Source: Octopus vulgaris
Taxonomy: Eukaryota
Length of the DNA: 64,000 nucleotides
NCBI GenBank assembly: GCA_951406725.2
Contig: OX597823.1
Span: 27,838,001 to 27,902,000 of the forward strand
Direction of reading: 5' to 3'
The notes below the pieces were generated by a model that saw nothing but the letters and a program-made list of their open reading frames with translations, was not told the origin of the DNA and searched no databases. Both the position numbers and the translations under genes were made by a program. Below are positions 37,798-51,054 of this stretch, piece by piece; position 1 is the stretch's first letter, and each line of letters starts with the position of its first letter.

Positions 37798-39112
37798 TAT
37801 ATATTTTCTTTCTTCCTTTCTTTTCTTTTATTTCCCCCTCCTCTCTTTCTCACATGCTAAATTTTTACTTAAAATTAAATCTGTGAACTTCTTAGACATG
37901 TCCCAAACTGCTGTCCCAGTGCTTTTTTCAGTTTCACAATCATATATGATAATGTTGGCGGTGCACTTTATTATGCTTCGGCAGTTTTTAGAAGGCAACA
38001 CCAGTTTTCCCTGATGCGATGTTTATAAATTTAGGATTTGTACCAGCTTCGGTCTTCATTATTATAATGATATAATTATAAATGTTACCTTTTTTTTTTC
38101 GTCTTAAATTTGGAAAAGTAATCAGAAAATGGAGACCCCCCCCCAAAAAAAAAACTTAATTTCCAATTTAAAATTTATTTTATTTTTCTTCCATTCAGAT
38201 ATCCAACATGACAAGAATCTTTCAAGACAAGATTTCACCAAACTTAAAAAAGTAGGTCCTTTGTTATTATTTTTTTTGGGGATTATAGTTTTTCAATTTT
38301 TTTTTTTAGTTTTAATTTTAACTGTAACTAATCAACATTAACTAAAATCAATACCAATCACAATCTAATAATATTGATTTTTTAACACTGGTATAAAGCC
38401 ATCACACATTTCATTCTTTACCTTCTTTTTAGGCCCCAGAAAGTTAGAATTATTTCTCACTGAAGTGTGTGTGTGTGTGTGTGTGTGTGCGTGCGCACAC
38501 ACACACACACACACACGTGTGCTTGCCTTGCTTGTTTCAGTCCAGATGAGCTGACAACAAATTCCACTCCCAACTTCATTAGTTAATCTCAGGAGGATTT
38601 GAATTCATGTTATTATAATGATGCATTTATCATCATCAGTTTTAACGTTCACTTTTCCATGCTTGCATGGGTCAGAAGGAATTTGGGGTGAAACAAAGGA
38701 TAGCACTTGTGTGACAGTGACACTCATTTACACCTAAATCATGAGTCAAAGTGAGCAAGGAGATTACAACACACACACACACAGGCAAATTGGTGGTGAT
38801 CGGTGAATTCCAGAAAAGAAACACAAACAGTAAAAGTCATCTGGATGTACACAGGATGGCACTTGGTGATAGTTTTTGATGGAAAATTAAAAGTAAAAAC
38901 ATGATGTTTCGAACATTGACTCTTTGTGGGTTAGTAGAAGAAAGTCTAGAGAAGAGGAAAAGGAGGAAGGAATGGCTATTTTGGAGAAAAGCATGTGGGT
39001 CACTACATGGTCAAAAAATTACACAATGGGCTTCTTTCAGATTCTGTTTACCAAGTCTCCTCACAAGGCTTTGGGTGGCCTGTAGCTATAGTGGAAAACA
39101 CTTGCATAAGAT

Positions 39113-39517
39113 AATTACTATTTGTAAATCTTACAACGAGAGATATTTAGCAACAGTACTTTGTAGTACTCCAAAATACTGTTGCTGAATATCTCTCATT
39201 GTGAGATTTACAAATAGTAATTTTCTAATTTATAAATCAGTGACTAGTTGTCACTTTGAAAACTATATATTTTAGCTGTGTCACCTCTAGCCAAACAATT
39301 ATTCTGAGCTGATGAAGGGAAATAACCCGGAAATCGTGATACACAGATATTGTTTTGAGCTTAGTGGGGCTGCTAGATTCCCTTGTTCGAAAATATGACA
39401 CTGATTGTGACGTATAGCCAGCTGGAGACGATGTCTCCTGGGGCTAAATTAGAGCAACATTTGTCCTAAACCAGGACTGCCATTTTATGTTGGCAAACAA
39501 TCTTTACTCCACTACTC
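39113..39517 (+). mobile_element. 405-bp hairpin-plus-hammerhead retroelement inserted in a SINE A
   Basis: 14-bp TSD CACTTGCATAAGAT at 39099-39112 and 39518-39531; 110-nt palindrome; hammerhead motif. Confidence 0.85.
39304..39346 (+). ncRNA. type I hammerhead ribozyme motif
   Basis: CTGAG-CTGATGA-A-GGG-aaataa-CCC-G-GAAA-TCGTGA-TA-CACAG; full CUGAUGA and GAAA core, one stem I mismatch. Confidence 0.7.
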
Positions 39518-39949
39518 CACTTGCATAAGATGTCACACAGTGGAACTGAACCTGGAAGCAGGTGATTGCGAGATAAGATTCTTATCACCCAGCCATGCCT
39601 GTACTTCCTGTAGATTTATGTAGTTTTTTTGATTCATTGAAGAATCTACTCATTGAATTAACATATGATGTGGTTGAGTATTCCACAGATACTTGTACTT
39701 TTAATCTAATTCTCAGGTGTCTGAGTGACACTGTGTGACTAAGTTTGACTTTTGAATTTCAGGTCCAATCAATTCATTGAAATTCTACACAGTTTCTGAC
39801 TCACAGTTTCTCTTACAAGACTTTGGCATATGTCTTTTTCCATAGCTTTCGGTCAACCAAAGATACAAGACACCATGAAGTGGAATCAAACTTGCCAGAC
39901 AGACAGAAGTCTGATAAGCTCTAACTAAATATCAAAGAAGATTTTTTTT

Positions 39950-40557
39950 TTATGCTCCATGGTCATGTACTACAGATGGATGAGGAGAGATGTATGAAGA
40001 AGCGCCACTCCCAAACAGTTGAAGGAATCTGGGGTAGACGTAGACTCAGGAAGACATGGGATGAGGTGGTCAAGCATGACCTTCGAATGTTGGGCCTCAC
40101 AGAGGCAATGACAAAAGACCGAGACCTTTGGAGATATGCTGTGACTGCAAAGACCTGACCTGCTGTGCTTGAGGAGACCTATTGAGTCAAGTACATCAAA
40201 ATAAAAATCAAATGGAAATTGTAGTTGTGATACCCGTGCTGGTGGCACGTAAAAAGCACTATCCAAATGTGGCCGATGCCAGCGTCACCTTGACTGGCGT
40301 CTGTGCCGGTGGCACATAAAAATCACCAACTGATTGTGGCCGTTGCCAGCCTCTTCTGGTCCCTGTGCACGTAAAAAGCACCCAATACACTCACGGAGTG
40401 GTTGATGTTAGGAAAGGCATCCAGCTGTAGAAACACTGCCAGATCAGACAGGAGCCTGGTGCAGCCTCCTGGCTTCCCAGATCCCAGTCGAACCCTCCAA
40501 CCCATGGTAGCATGGAAAACAGACATTAAACGATGATGATGATGATGATAATGATGA
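39950..40557 (+). mobile_element. RTE-clade LINE 3' fragment with (GAT)n tail (family E)
   Basis: GHVLQMDEERCMKK...RKTWDEVVKHDLRMLGLTEAMTKDRDLWRYAV* followed by a 3' UTR. Confidence 0.88.
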
Positions 40558-40709
40558 ATAATTCTGCCAGTTTACCATTTTTATACTAATGAAGAATACG
40601 GATTCTCCTTGAGGGGAAAATAACTAAAAGAAAGTTTTGGTTTTAGGATTCCAATCACTGAATTTGCTGAGTTGTATTTTGCGGTCCAGTTTCAGATATT
40701 CTTTTGTTC

Positions 40710-41560
40710 TTTTATTCTTTTATTTGTTTCAGTTATCTGACTGCGGCCATGCTGGAGCACTGCCTTTAGTCGAACAATTTGACTCCAGGACTTATTCTTT
40801 GAAAGCCTAGTACTTATTCTCTTGGGGTCTTTTTGCTGAACTGCTAAGTTACGGGGATGTAAACACACCAGCATCGGTTGTCAGGCGACGGTGGGGTGTG
40901 TGTGTGGGACAAACACTGACACACACATACATCATACACACACACATATATATACGATGGGCATCTTTCAGTTTCTGTCTATCAAATCCACTCACAAGGC
41001 CTTGGTCGGCCCAAGGTTTATAGCTGAAGGCACTTGCCAAAAGTGACACACAGTAGGACTGAACCCAGAACCATGCAGTTGGGAAGCAAGCTACTTACTA
41101 CATTTTTTTTTTTTTATGAAACAATTCTGGAAATAGTTACAAATATCTCCTCCTTTTTTTTTTTTTAACCTTTTACTTGTTTCAGTCATTGGATTGTGGC
41201 AAGGCTGGAGCACTGCCTTGAAAAATTCATTCAAATAAATTGATTGCAGTACTTATTTTTAAGAGTGGTAGTTATTCTGTTGTTTCCTTTCGTTGAACTG
41301 CTAAGTTAAAGGGACAGAATCAAACCAACAGTGGTTGTCCAGCAGTGGGCTAGAGAAAAACACAAAGACATGCGTACATAAACACACACTCTATACACAC
41401 ACACACACATGACAGGCTTCCACACAGCTTCTATCTACCAAAACCAAATGCATCAGATGACCCGGTGGGGCTATTGTTGATGACACTTGCCCAATGTGCC
41501 ATGCAGTGGGATCGAACCTGAGACTACAGATTTGCAAAGTGAGCTCCTTAACCACACAGT
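40710..41560 (-). mobile_element. two SINE A copies, CpG-decayed
   Basis: Homology at about 40710-41100 and 41170-41560. Confidence 0.8.
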
Positions 41561-41647
41561 CATACTTTCAAACAGTCCATGCTGTTCACTACATCAATCT
41601 CCATCGATGCTCTCTGCTTTCTTTGGGTGGTGGTATTTGAAGCATTT

Positions 41648-41881
41648 CAAGGCGGCAAACTGGCAGAAACGTTAGCACGCCAGGCGTAATGCGTAGTCGT
41701 ATTTTGTCTGCCGTTGCGTTCTGAGTTCAAATTCCGCTGAGGTCGACTTTGCCTTTCCTCCTTTCGGGGTCGATTAAATAAGTACCAGTTGCACACTGGG
41801 GTCGATATAATCGACTTAATCCGTTTGTCTGTCCTTGTTTGTTCCCTTTGTGTTTAGCCCCTTGTGGGTAGAAGAGAAATA
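41648..41881 (+). mobile_element. SINE family B with 14-bp TSD
   Basis: GGTATTTGAAGCAT at 41632-41645 and 41882-41895. Confidence 0.9.
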
Positions 41882-42179
41882 GGTATTTGAAGCATCCTAG
41901 ATGAGGTTTGCCAGCCCCTCATCCTACCCTCTTGCATTTCTTGGAAGCAGAGGCTATTATGGGTAGTATGAAAACCAAAAATACATACATGGTACACTGA
42001 ATAAAACAGAAGAGTGAACAGGGAACAGTAAAAGGGCCATAAAGAGCAAAGGAATAAAATATAAACTGGTTAATAATGCTTCTAATGTTATTCTACGAAG
42101 AGTTAGTAGTGGGCTGTTGGGGGTGGTGGTGAAACGAACACAGAGATATCAGCTTTCATTATTGGTTCATTGCGAATGC

Positions 42180-42700
42180 ATCTGTGTGTGTGTGTGTGTG
42201 TATGTGTACTGTTTTCCTGTGTAGAAGCCTATATGAATGTCCATGTGTGTATGTATAATGCATGTGCGTGTCTGTATATATGTGTGTGTGCGCGTATACT
42301 GTTTTCCTGTGTAGAGGCTTATATGAATGGCTGTGTGTGTACTGTGTACTGTTTTCCTGTGTAGAAGCCTATATGAATGTCCATGTGTGTATGTATATGC
42401 ATGTGCATATATGTGTGTATAGAGGCTTATATGAATGTCCGCGTGTGTATGTACGTGTGTGCGTGTGCGTGTGCAGTTTTCCTGTGTATATGAATGTCCG
42501 TGTGTGTATGTATATGCATGTGTGTGTGTGTGTGTAGAAGCCTAGATGAATGTCTGTGTGTGTATACTGTTTTCCTGTGTAGAGGCCTATATGAATGTCC
42601 ATGTGTGTATGTATGTGTGTGTGTGTGTACTGCTTTCCTGTGTAGAAGCCTATATGAATGTCCATGTGTGTATGTATATATGTGTGTGTGTGTGTACAAG
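42180..42700. repeat. minisatellite TACTGTTTTCCTGTGTAGARGCYTATATGAATGTCC with (TG)n spacers
   Basis: About eight variable units. Confidence 0.9.
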
Positions 42701-42961
42701 TAGAATTGTGCATGTGTAAATACCTCCCACTTCTCTCTCTCACCTTCCCTTCATCTCCACCTTTCTCCTCCTCCTCTCTAATTGCTACTCTGTTGTGTGT
42801 GTGACTGTATTTGTGTGTGTGTGTGTGTGTATCCAAGTGTATACGTAACAGTATGCAAATGCTTGTGTGTATATATGCCTCAATATATGTGTGCCTGTTT
42901 AAGTGTGTAAGTGTATGCATATGTATTTACATACATACATACATACACATATATATATATT

Positions 42962-42997
<36 letters not shown>

Positions 42998-43491
42998 AGG
43001 GGATGTAACTGTGCATGTGTAAATATTTCAATGTGTTTGTGTGGAAGTGTATATGCATGTATGTTAATGAATTGTGTAAGGGGATGCAACTATGTATGTG
43101 TACGTACCACAGTGTGTGTGTGTTTGTGTCTGTATACATGAGTGTTTGCAAAAGTCTGTGTGTCTCTATTCTAAAAACTAAAAAGGAAAAAAAAAAATGC
43201 AATCCTTCACCAGATTGATTGGGGAACTCCAAAAAAAAAACCAAAAAAAGGAAAAAATGTAAAATGAAAATCAGAAAATAACAAAGTGGTCGTTGTGGTG
43301 GTGGTGGTTGGGGCAATTTGTACCCTTTTTTTCTTTTATGTTAGAAACACACACACAAAAAAAAAAATAGGGGTTATTGAATCATGCTAAAGCTTATAGT
43401 TTTCTTTCTGTGATTTTGAAAGGCTCCCTTAATGTAAATATATTTTTTCAAACATATCTTGCATGGTGTATCGTAATAATATCTCTTTCAC

Positions 43492-43529
<38 letters not shown>

Positions 43530-43679
43530 CATTATTTAATAGTTTAGCATGCATCTAATTATGGGTGTATGCAATGTTTGTGTGTGTGAATATATATATA
43601 TATGTGTGTGTATGTGTGAATATATACATATCTATATGTATGTGTATAAATGTATATCTGTATATACATATGTAATTGC

Positions 43680-43722
<43 letters not shown>

Positions 43723-43947
43723 TACTAAACAAACATATATACACACAAACATACCCTCATTGTACACACGCATTCATATGCTCATATACATATCACCATT
43801 GATATTATGTACATTCATAAAATGGTGCATATACACTAAACTAACACTACATTCACACACACACATGCACACAATGTCATTATATACACTACCAGTTACT
43901 ATCATGCAAACACACGTGCGTTAGAATATCATTACATACACACACAC

Positions 43948-44330
43948 CATCATCGTCATCATCATCACTGTTTAACATCCGCTTTCCATGCTGGCATGGG
44001 TTGGACAGTTTGACTGATGACTAGCAAGCCGGGAGGCTGTACCAGACTCCAATCTGATCTGGCAAGGTCTCTACAGTAGGATGCCCTTCCTAACACCAAC
44101 CACTCCAAGGGTGTAGTGGGTACTGTTTAAATGCTAAAGGCATGGGAGCCAGTCAGGTGGCACTAACATCGACCATGTTCAAATGGTGCTTTTTACGTGC
44201 CATTCGGGTGGCACTGGCTTCAGTCACACTCGAATGATGCTTTTTACATTGGCGGCACTGACATCGACCGCGCTCGAATGGTGCTTTTTATGTGCCACCA
44301 GGACGGGTGCCAGTCAGGTGATACTGGCAC
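43948..44330 (-). mobile_element. family E (RTE) 3' UTR fragment
   Basis: (CAT)n tail and homology to 61260-61487. Confidence 0.8.
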
Positions 44331-45019
44331 TTAACTGTACATGTATACTCACTCATTATCATACACAGATCAGTATGAGAGAAGGGATGCAGAATTCTTT
44401 CATTAGACTGTGGCCATGCTGGGGCACCCCCTTGAAGAACTTTAGTCGAATGAATCAACGCCAGTGACTATTTTTTCTATCAGTCTCTTTTGCCGAACTG
44501 CTAAGTTATGGAGGATGTAAACACACCAACACTGGTTGTCAAGCAATGATGGGGAACAAACATCAACAAAAAGACACACACATATAAGATGGGCTTCTTT
44601 CAGTTTCTGTCTAATGAGTCCACTCACAAGGCTTTGAGATAGAGGACACTTGTCCAAGATGCCACATAGTGGGACTGAACCTTGAACCTTGTGTTTGGGA
44701 AGTAAACATCTTACCATACAGCCTAGCCTGCACCTATTTGTATGTGTGTGTAACATTAGTATAATGGTATGTGTATATTGGTAGTTTCATGTGTGTATTT
44801 ATAATGGTAATGTATTTGTGTGTAAAAGTGATTAACAGTATTTCATCTGTCTTTACGTTCTGAGTTCAAATTTCACTGAGGACAACTTTGTCTTTTATCC
44901 TCTCAGGGTCACTAAATTAAGTAGCAGTTGCTTACTGGGGGGGTGATCTAATCAACTGGTCTCCTCCCCACAAATTTCAGGCCTTGTGCCTTGAGTAAAA
45001 AAGAATATTAGGGTACTAG

Positions 45020-45950
45020 ATTGTGTGTGTGTTATAGCTGTGTAGTTGCATGTGTGTGAATATAATGATAGTGTATTTGTGTCTGTTCATGTGTGTTACA
45101 CCAATGTGTTTGTGTATTTTGTTATATTTTACAGTATCTGTAGTGTAGCATTGTACATACATATATATATGTGTGTATATGTATGCATGTATGTGTAATG
45201 TGTCTATGTGTGGTATATGTTGTATGTGTATGTGTATGCATGTATGTATAGAGTATGTACGTGTATATGTATGCCTGTATGTGTAGTGTATGTGTGTGTG
45301 TGTATGTGTATGTATGTATGTGTATGTATGTATGTATGTGTAGTGTATGTATGTATGTGTAGTGTATGTATGTATGTGTATATGTATGCATGTATGCGTA
45401 GTGTATGTACATGTATATGTATGCCTGTATGTGTGTGTATGTGTATATATATGCATGTATGTGTAGTGCATGTATGTGTAGTGTATGTATGTGTGTGTAT
45501 GTGTATATGTATGTATGTATGTATGCATTTGTGTGTAGTGTATGTATGTATGTATACGTATGCATGTATGTGTAGTGTATGTATGTATAAGTATGAGAAT
45601 GTGCTTGTGTGTGGAATATATTTTAATATATGGAATATGTATATATGTGTAATACTTTTTAAGGCACGAATGTGTGCGTATGTGTATGTTCATGTTCATG
45701 TGTGTGTATGTGTATATTCTAATGTAATAGAATGTACATGTGTGTGTGTGCTTGTGAGTGTGTGTGTGAGTGTGCACACAGTGCATTTTAATGTTTGAGA
45801 ATACCAACTGTAGCCCATGCTGGTGTGTATATATGGTTGGGTGGTGTATTTTAAAGTACAAGAATGTGTGTAGAATATTGTAATGTGTGTGTATGTGAGC
45901 CTAACATGTTTCATGTTTGCTTCAGGAACAATATGGAATGTGTGTGTGTG
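45020..45950. repeat. degenerate (TG/TATG)n satellite
   Basis: Direct reading. Confidence 0.9.
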
Positions 45951-46223
45951 TATTGAATCTTCAGTTATCTGACATATGTAGCCAAAGATATAATCAAAGG
46001 CTGATCAATGTTTGATCATTTTGCTATTTTGATTTTTTTTTTCCAATTTCATAGATATATCAAAGTATGTTAATCATGCACACATGCACGCACACACACA
46101 CACACACATTCATGCATTTACTTTTTTACATACATACTCCAGACACACATGTATACTTACATATATACACACTCAAGCCATACATACACTTAACATATAT
46201 TGCATACACATGTTGCTTACACA

Positions 46224-46319
<96 letters not shown>

Positions 46320-46371
46320 ATATATATAATTGAAATAGTCAGTGGATGGCCAAATGTGGAATTCTTCATAC

Positions 46372-46461
46372 CATACACAATGTTTTGAAATGTAGTAATT
46401 TTACCATTATGTATTCCATCCTTAGCATCTGTCAGAATTGACATGTTTTCTTCATATTCTG
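46372..46461 (-). CDS. candidate 90-nt phase-1 coding exon of an unidentified gene
   Basis: Strong acceptor TTTATTTTTCTTTTTGTAG; open frame EYEENMSILTDAKDGIHNGKITTFQNIVY; donor G|GTATGA (alternative G|GTAAAA at 46405). Confidence 0.35.
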
Positions 46462-46589
46462 CTACAAAAAGAAAAATAAACTAGAAAAAAATGAAAAACA
46501 AAACAAAAAACAACAGACACGACCCCCCCCCCCCCTAAAGGAAAGTTTCCATTTTTCAATGCTAGCATGGGTTAGATGCAGCCCCCTGC

Positions 46590-47040
46590 AACATTTTGTT
46601 TCGAGGCCTCATTCCTTCAGTCAAAATTCATAATCTACGCACCTTTTATTTATAGCTGTATTTTACTTTATTCTATCTGAAGTTCAATATTTCACGTTAT
46701 CCCAAAGAACATCTTAAAAAATTCAACAAGTTAAATTCATTTAGGCCTATTACAAATTTCAATAAGTAAAACTTCCAGATATGAATAAAAGAGTACTTTT
46801 ATAATCCAGCCAACTTTCAACGACAAACATTGATCAATTCAGAATAATCAAGCTGAGAGCTAAGTTCATATTCAATTGATATCATAGACAATCCACAAAG
46901 TCTGGTACATGTTCATGGTACAATGTAATATTTTTATAAGAACTTTTGCACGTACAATGTATTACCATTTTATTTCTTGAAATTTTCAGTTGACATAGTT
47001 TAATCCTCGTTCAACATCTTAATCAAAGTAAATAGATGAC
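46590..47040 (-). mobile_element. decayed Penelope-like GIY-YIG C-terminus and 3' region
   Basis: Frameshifted remnants EIKW, KSSYKNIT and SELINVCR. Confidence 0.35.
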
Positions 47041-47397
47041 ACATCTATGTATTTTGATCTTAACATGGGGCCTCTCAACCACAGAGGGTTAGTGACGGCT
47101 TCGGTTAGGTGGGTACTTATTTGAGGCAACATTTTATAGGCTTGTGCTCCTCCTGTCACCAAGCCTTACCTATTTCTCATGTACGACTTTTTCTATTCCA
47201 CTGGTTTTCTAAAGCACAATGCACTTGATCATACAATCAATAAGGAATGTAAACATAATGTTACTTTTTTTGTACACTGTTGAGGCAAGCAAAGCTGAGG
47301 AATGTCAACATTTGCACATTTACACGTCTGTGCACACATACACACATTGGTGTATAAACATATATACATATATACAAGGAGGTTTCATACAGTTTCT

Positions 47398-47792
47398 TAT
47401 TTCTTTATTGCCCACAAGGGGCTAAACATAGAGAGGACAAACAAGGACAGACAAAGGGATTAAGTCGATTACATTGACCCCAGTGTGTAACTGGTACTTA
47501 ATTTATCGACCCCGAAAGGATGGAATTTGAACTCAGAATGTAAAGATAGATGAAATACCTATTTCTTTACTACCCACAAGGGGCTAAACACAGAGAAGAC
47601 AAACAAGGACAGACAAATGGATTAAGTCGATTACATCGACTCCAGTGCATAACTGGTACTTAATTTATCGACCCTGAAAGGCTGAAAGGCAAAGTCGACC
47701 TTGGCGGAATTTGAACTCAGAATGTAACAGCAGACGAAATACCGCTAAACATTTTACCTGGCATGCAAACGTTTCTGCCAACTCGCTGCCTT
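47398..47792 (-). mobile_element. SINE family B dimer
   Basis: TSD ATACAGTTTCT at 47387-47397 and 47795-47805. Confidence 0.9.
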
Positions 47793-48094
47793 CAATACAG
47801 TTTCTGCCCAGCAGTTCCATCTAAAACATGTTAGCCAGCCCAGGACAATGGTAGACAATGTCCAAAATGCTACACATAAGGCTTGAATTTATTGGCACAA
47901 TCATTACCGTGATGGACAAAATACTTTGCAACCTTTTGTCTATCTTTACATTATAAACTCAAATTCCTCCAAGGTGGACTTTGCCTGACATCCTTTTGGA
48001 GTCTAAGTAAATACCAGTTAAGCACTGGGGTCAATGTAGTTGACTTTTCCCTCCCCCAAAATTTCAAGCCATGTACTTATGTAGAAAGGGGTCT

Positions 48095-48710
48095 CAGGGA
48101 GTAGCATCCCTGCCTTCCTGAGCTAGTTTCCCACCACATTTCTTAAAAATTGTGGTAGAGGCCTTAATCTCAGGACTACTCGTGTCTAGAAACTGAGGTT
48201 GGGGAGTAAGCAAGGGCATGCTCTCCATAGAAAATCCAACTCCAAAAAAGCTTCATGGTAGCAAAGGAGAATGGGCAGCAGCCAGCCTAAAGGTTGGGGT
48301 GGGCTGCACCAGCCTACCTCGGTTGCTATGGCACTGAGGTAGATCTGGCCATCCACGTTGATGGGGACAAAAGCCAGATTTAAAACACTGGATGATGAGT
48401 GAAAGAGCAGTGCATGCCATCAAAACGACATTGGGGTACAAATATACAAAGCCCAGTATACCTGTCATGATTACCCGTCTGGTAAGTGTAGACCAAGCAC
48501 ATGCATCACAACTATATATGCATGACATGGTGATCTCATTAATATAAATAAACAGCACATGAACTTAAAGGTGGGACCCAGTTAAAATTTTCTTCAGGTT
48601 GAATGGTCCATCCCACCGAAAAGGTTCCCGAATAAGAGTTGGTTAAGGTTGATGAACAAAACACCCATGTTTCCAGGGGTGAATTGCTCAAACTGAGAAT
48701 TCCTCTTATA
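48095..48710 (+). repeat. probable LINE 5' UTR-like dispersed repeat
   Basis: GC-richer block with a ggggagtaagcaagggcatgctc motif; single copy in this window. Confidence 0.3.
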
Positions 48711-49344
48711 GTCGCCCCATAAGCGAAGCCAGATCACTAGATTAGACTAGTTTTGCCTGAAAAATTACAAGCTTGTCAGTAGTGACTACTCCATCATCAT
48801 ATGGTTTGTCTAAATCCAGACTCACAGTATAAATATTTACCTTATTAATTTATTGCTGATTTAGCGAAATGTTAATGTGAAAATTATAAAATAACGAAGG
48901 CAGCTATACACAATATAAACACAAAAAGGAAAAATTCATTTGTCACTAATTGTGACAGAGAATGCTGAGTAGAACCTGTATTGCTAGAAATAAGAGCTGA
49001 AAGCTGCAATAAACACATCTTCATATACTGACATGGGAGATAACCACACACACACACAAACACACATACATGTATATATATGTTGTTTTTTGTTCTAAGT
49101 TTTGTTTTTGTTTCTATGTTGCTAATTTTAATGTTTGTTTCTCTTTGTTAGAAATTGGTTGAGATGGGAAATGTTGAAGATGGTTCCGAGAAGTGTCGGT
49201 TAATGCAAAGCCGAATTGATGCCACATGGGCAGGTTTAATGAAGGGCTCCAGAGTATACCGGAAAAATTCTCTTCAAAGGCATGTAAGTAACAAACAACC
49301 ACTGCAGAGATAAAACAAGCAACAACAACAACAGCAATAATATT

Positions 49345-49553
49345 CCTTTCTATTGAAGGCACAAGGCCTGAAATTTTGGGGGATAACTCAATTGCATTGA
49401 TCCCAGTGTTTTACTGGTACTTAATTTATCGACCCCAAAAGGATGAAAGGCAAAGTTGACTTTGGCAGAGTTTGAACTCAGAACATAAAAACCGATGATA
49501 TGCCGCTAAGCGTTTTGCCTGGTATGCTAACAATTCTGCCAGCTTACTGCCTT
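49345..49553 (-). mobile_element. SINE family B
   Basis: Homology to other copies; CpG-decayed. Confidence 0.85.
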
Positions 49554-49736
49554 AACGATAATTATAATGATAAGATATATAAAAATAATAAGTGAGAATA
49601 TTTGATAAACTTACCAATTTTTATTTTAAACTAGCTGATCGCATTTTAAATTATAACATTTAAATTCAAATTACAATGAACCTAAACAAACAAACGAAGT
49701 TTGCTTTAGAAGCGTTGAGATGTGTTAGAAAGTTAA

Positions 49737-49956
49737 CCTTTTCGTTACCAACCCGACTGAAACTGGCTCTGGCTCTGAGTACAAATATCTTGTTATCATA
49801 AGTTTTGAATTAAAATCTTCCACAAAACCTTAGTCACAATTTATGTTCCTAACACTAGCTGAATGATAACTAAGTTATTTTACTAAATTCTTTGTTATAT
49901 TTAAAGTAATTCAAAGAAACACAGAGCATCTCAAAATAAATACAGTAACGAAAGGG
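49737..49956. mobile_element. piggyBac-type MITE
   Basis: TTAA|CCTTTTCGTTAC ... GTAACGAAAGGG|TTAA. Confidence 0.88.
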
Positions 49957-50139
49957 TTAAAGAAATGATTTTAAATTCTCAAACACAGGATAATGCTAAT
50001 AATATAGCCTAAAGAAACAGCAAAAGAGAGAAAAGGAGAAAACGAATAAACAGAAATGAGAGAAGGGTGGGGTTAAGCAATAGAACATGAAGGAGGAGGG
50101 GGAAATGCCGCTCCCCCACCTCCCAAACAAATTGTGTGC

Positions 50140-51030
50140 TCAGCCACGCCCTGTAGAAACTGCAGTGGTGTTGCCTTGGTGAATGGCCCTATACACTTGC
50201 TGCAGTAACCACTCCACCTTGTGGAACTCATTTCTTAGACAGGCCACTGTTACCCTGATTTTCTGGAAGAAATCAGTAATGTGGGGTCTGAGAACATCTG
50301 AGGTCTTGACAGCGACTAACACAAATTGATAGTGGTCAGTCAGGTCCCTGTATTTATTTTTTACATGCATGGCTGCGTGGTTAGGGAGCTTGCTTCCTAA
50401 CTACATGGTTTCAGGTTCAGTCCCACTGCGTGGCACTTTGGGTAGGTGTCTTCCGCTATAGCCCCGAGCTGACCGGAGCTTTGTGATTGAATTCGGTAGG
50501 CAGGAGTTACTGCCGTGTGTGTATGTGTGCATATAGCTGCTCAGTGCCTCTCCGAAAGAGAGAGAGGGGATTCTCTTAAAACTCTTTCAAAATTGAAAAT
50601 ATTACGAACTTAACAGAGACTTAACAGAATCAGGTCTTCTTCCCCTACAGTGTATCATTTCTAATGATAAATAACACCCACAGTGTAACATTCAACTGCT
50701 AGATGTCTGAAGAAATCCACCTGCCCTGTAGCAGCATAAATAGCCACCAGTTTAAAAGCACTCCAGTCACTACTGTTGACATCCAGGACTGCATATTTAT
50801 CTTCTTGGTCTAAGAAGATGGCCCTTATCTTGAGATACACACAATGCTGCAGTTCCACCCCACCATTCTTGGTTGACAAGGAGATAAATAAAACTCATAT
50901 CTACCTAAAATGGGAATGAAAGCTTGTGGATCAAGGAGTCTGGTCTCACTGATGGCTATAACATTTATGTCTGGTGACCTAAGGTTGTTGAGTGGGTAGC
51001 CCTGTTTTGAAGGTGACCTTAGGCCAAGTG
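50140..51030 (-). pseudogene. Tx1-like APE endonuclease remnant interrupted by a SINE A head
   Basis: GLRSPSKQGYPLNNLRSPDINVIAISETR; AVLDV...FKLVAIYA; TDH motif; homologous to 4525-4647. Confidence 0.75.
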
Positions 51031-51054
51031 CTATAACAACAACAATAATAATAA

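Noticed and set aside
42180-42700. CRISPR-like repeat-spacer pattern
   Set aside because: Spacers are microsatellite, repeats are degenerate, the context is eukaryotic and no cas genes are present.
46590-46626. Hammerhead-like CTGAAGG...GAGGCCTC-GAAAC on the minus strand
   Set aside because: A9 is missing, there is no loop II and no NUH site; too degenerate to call.
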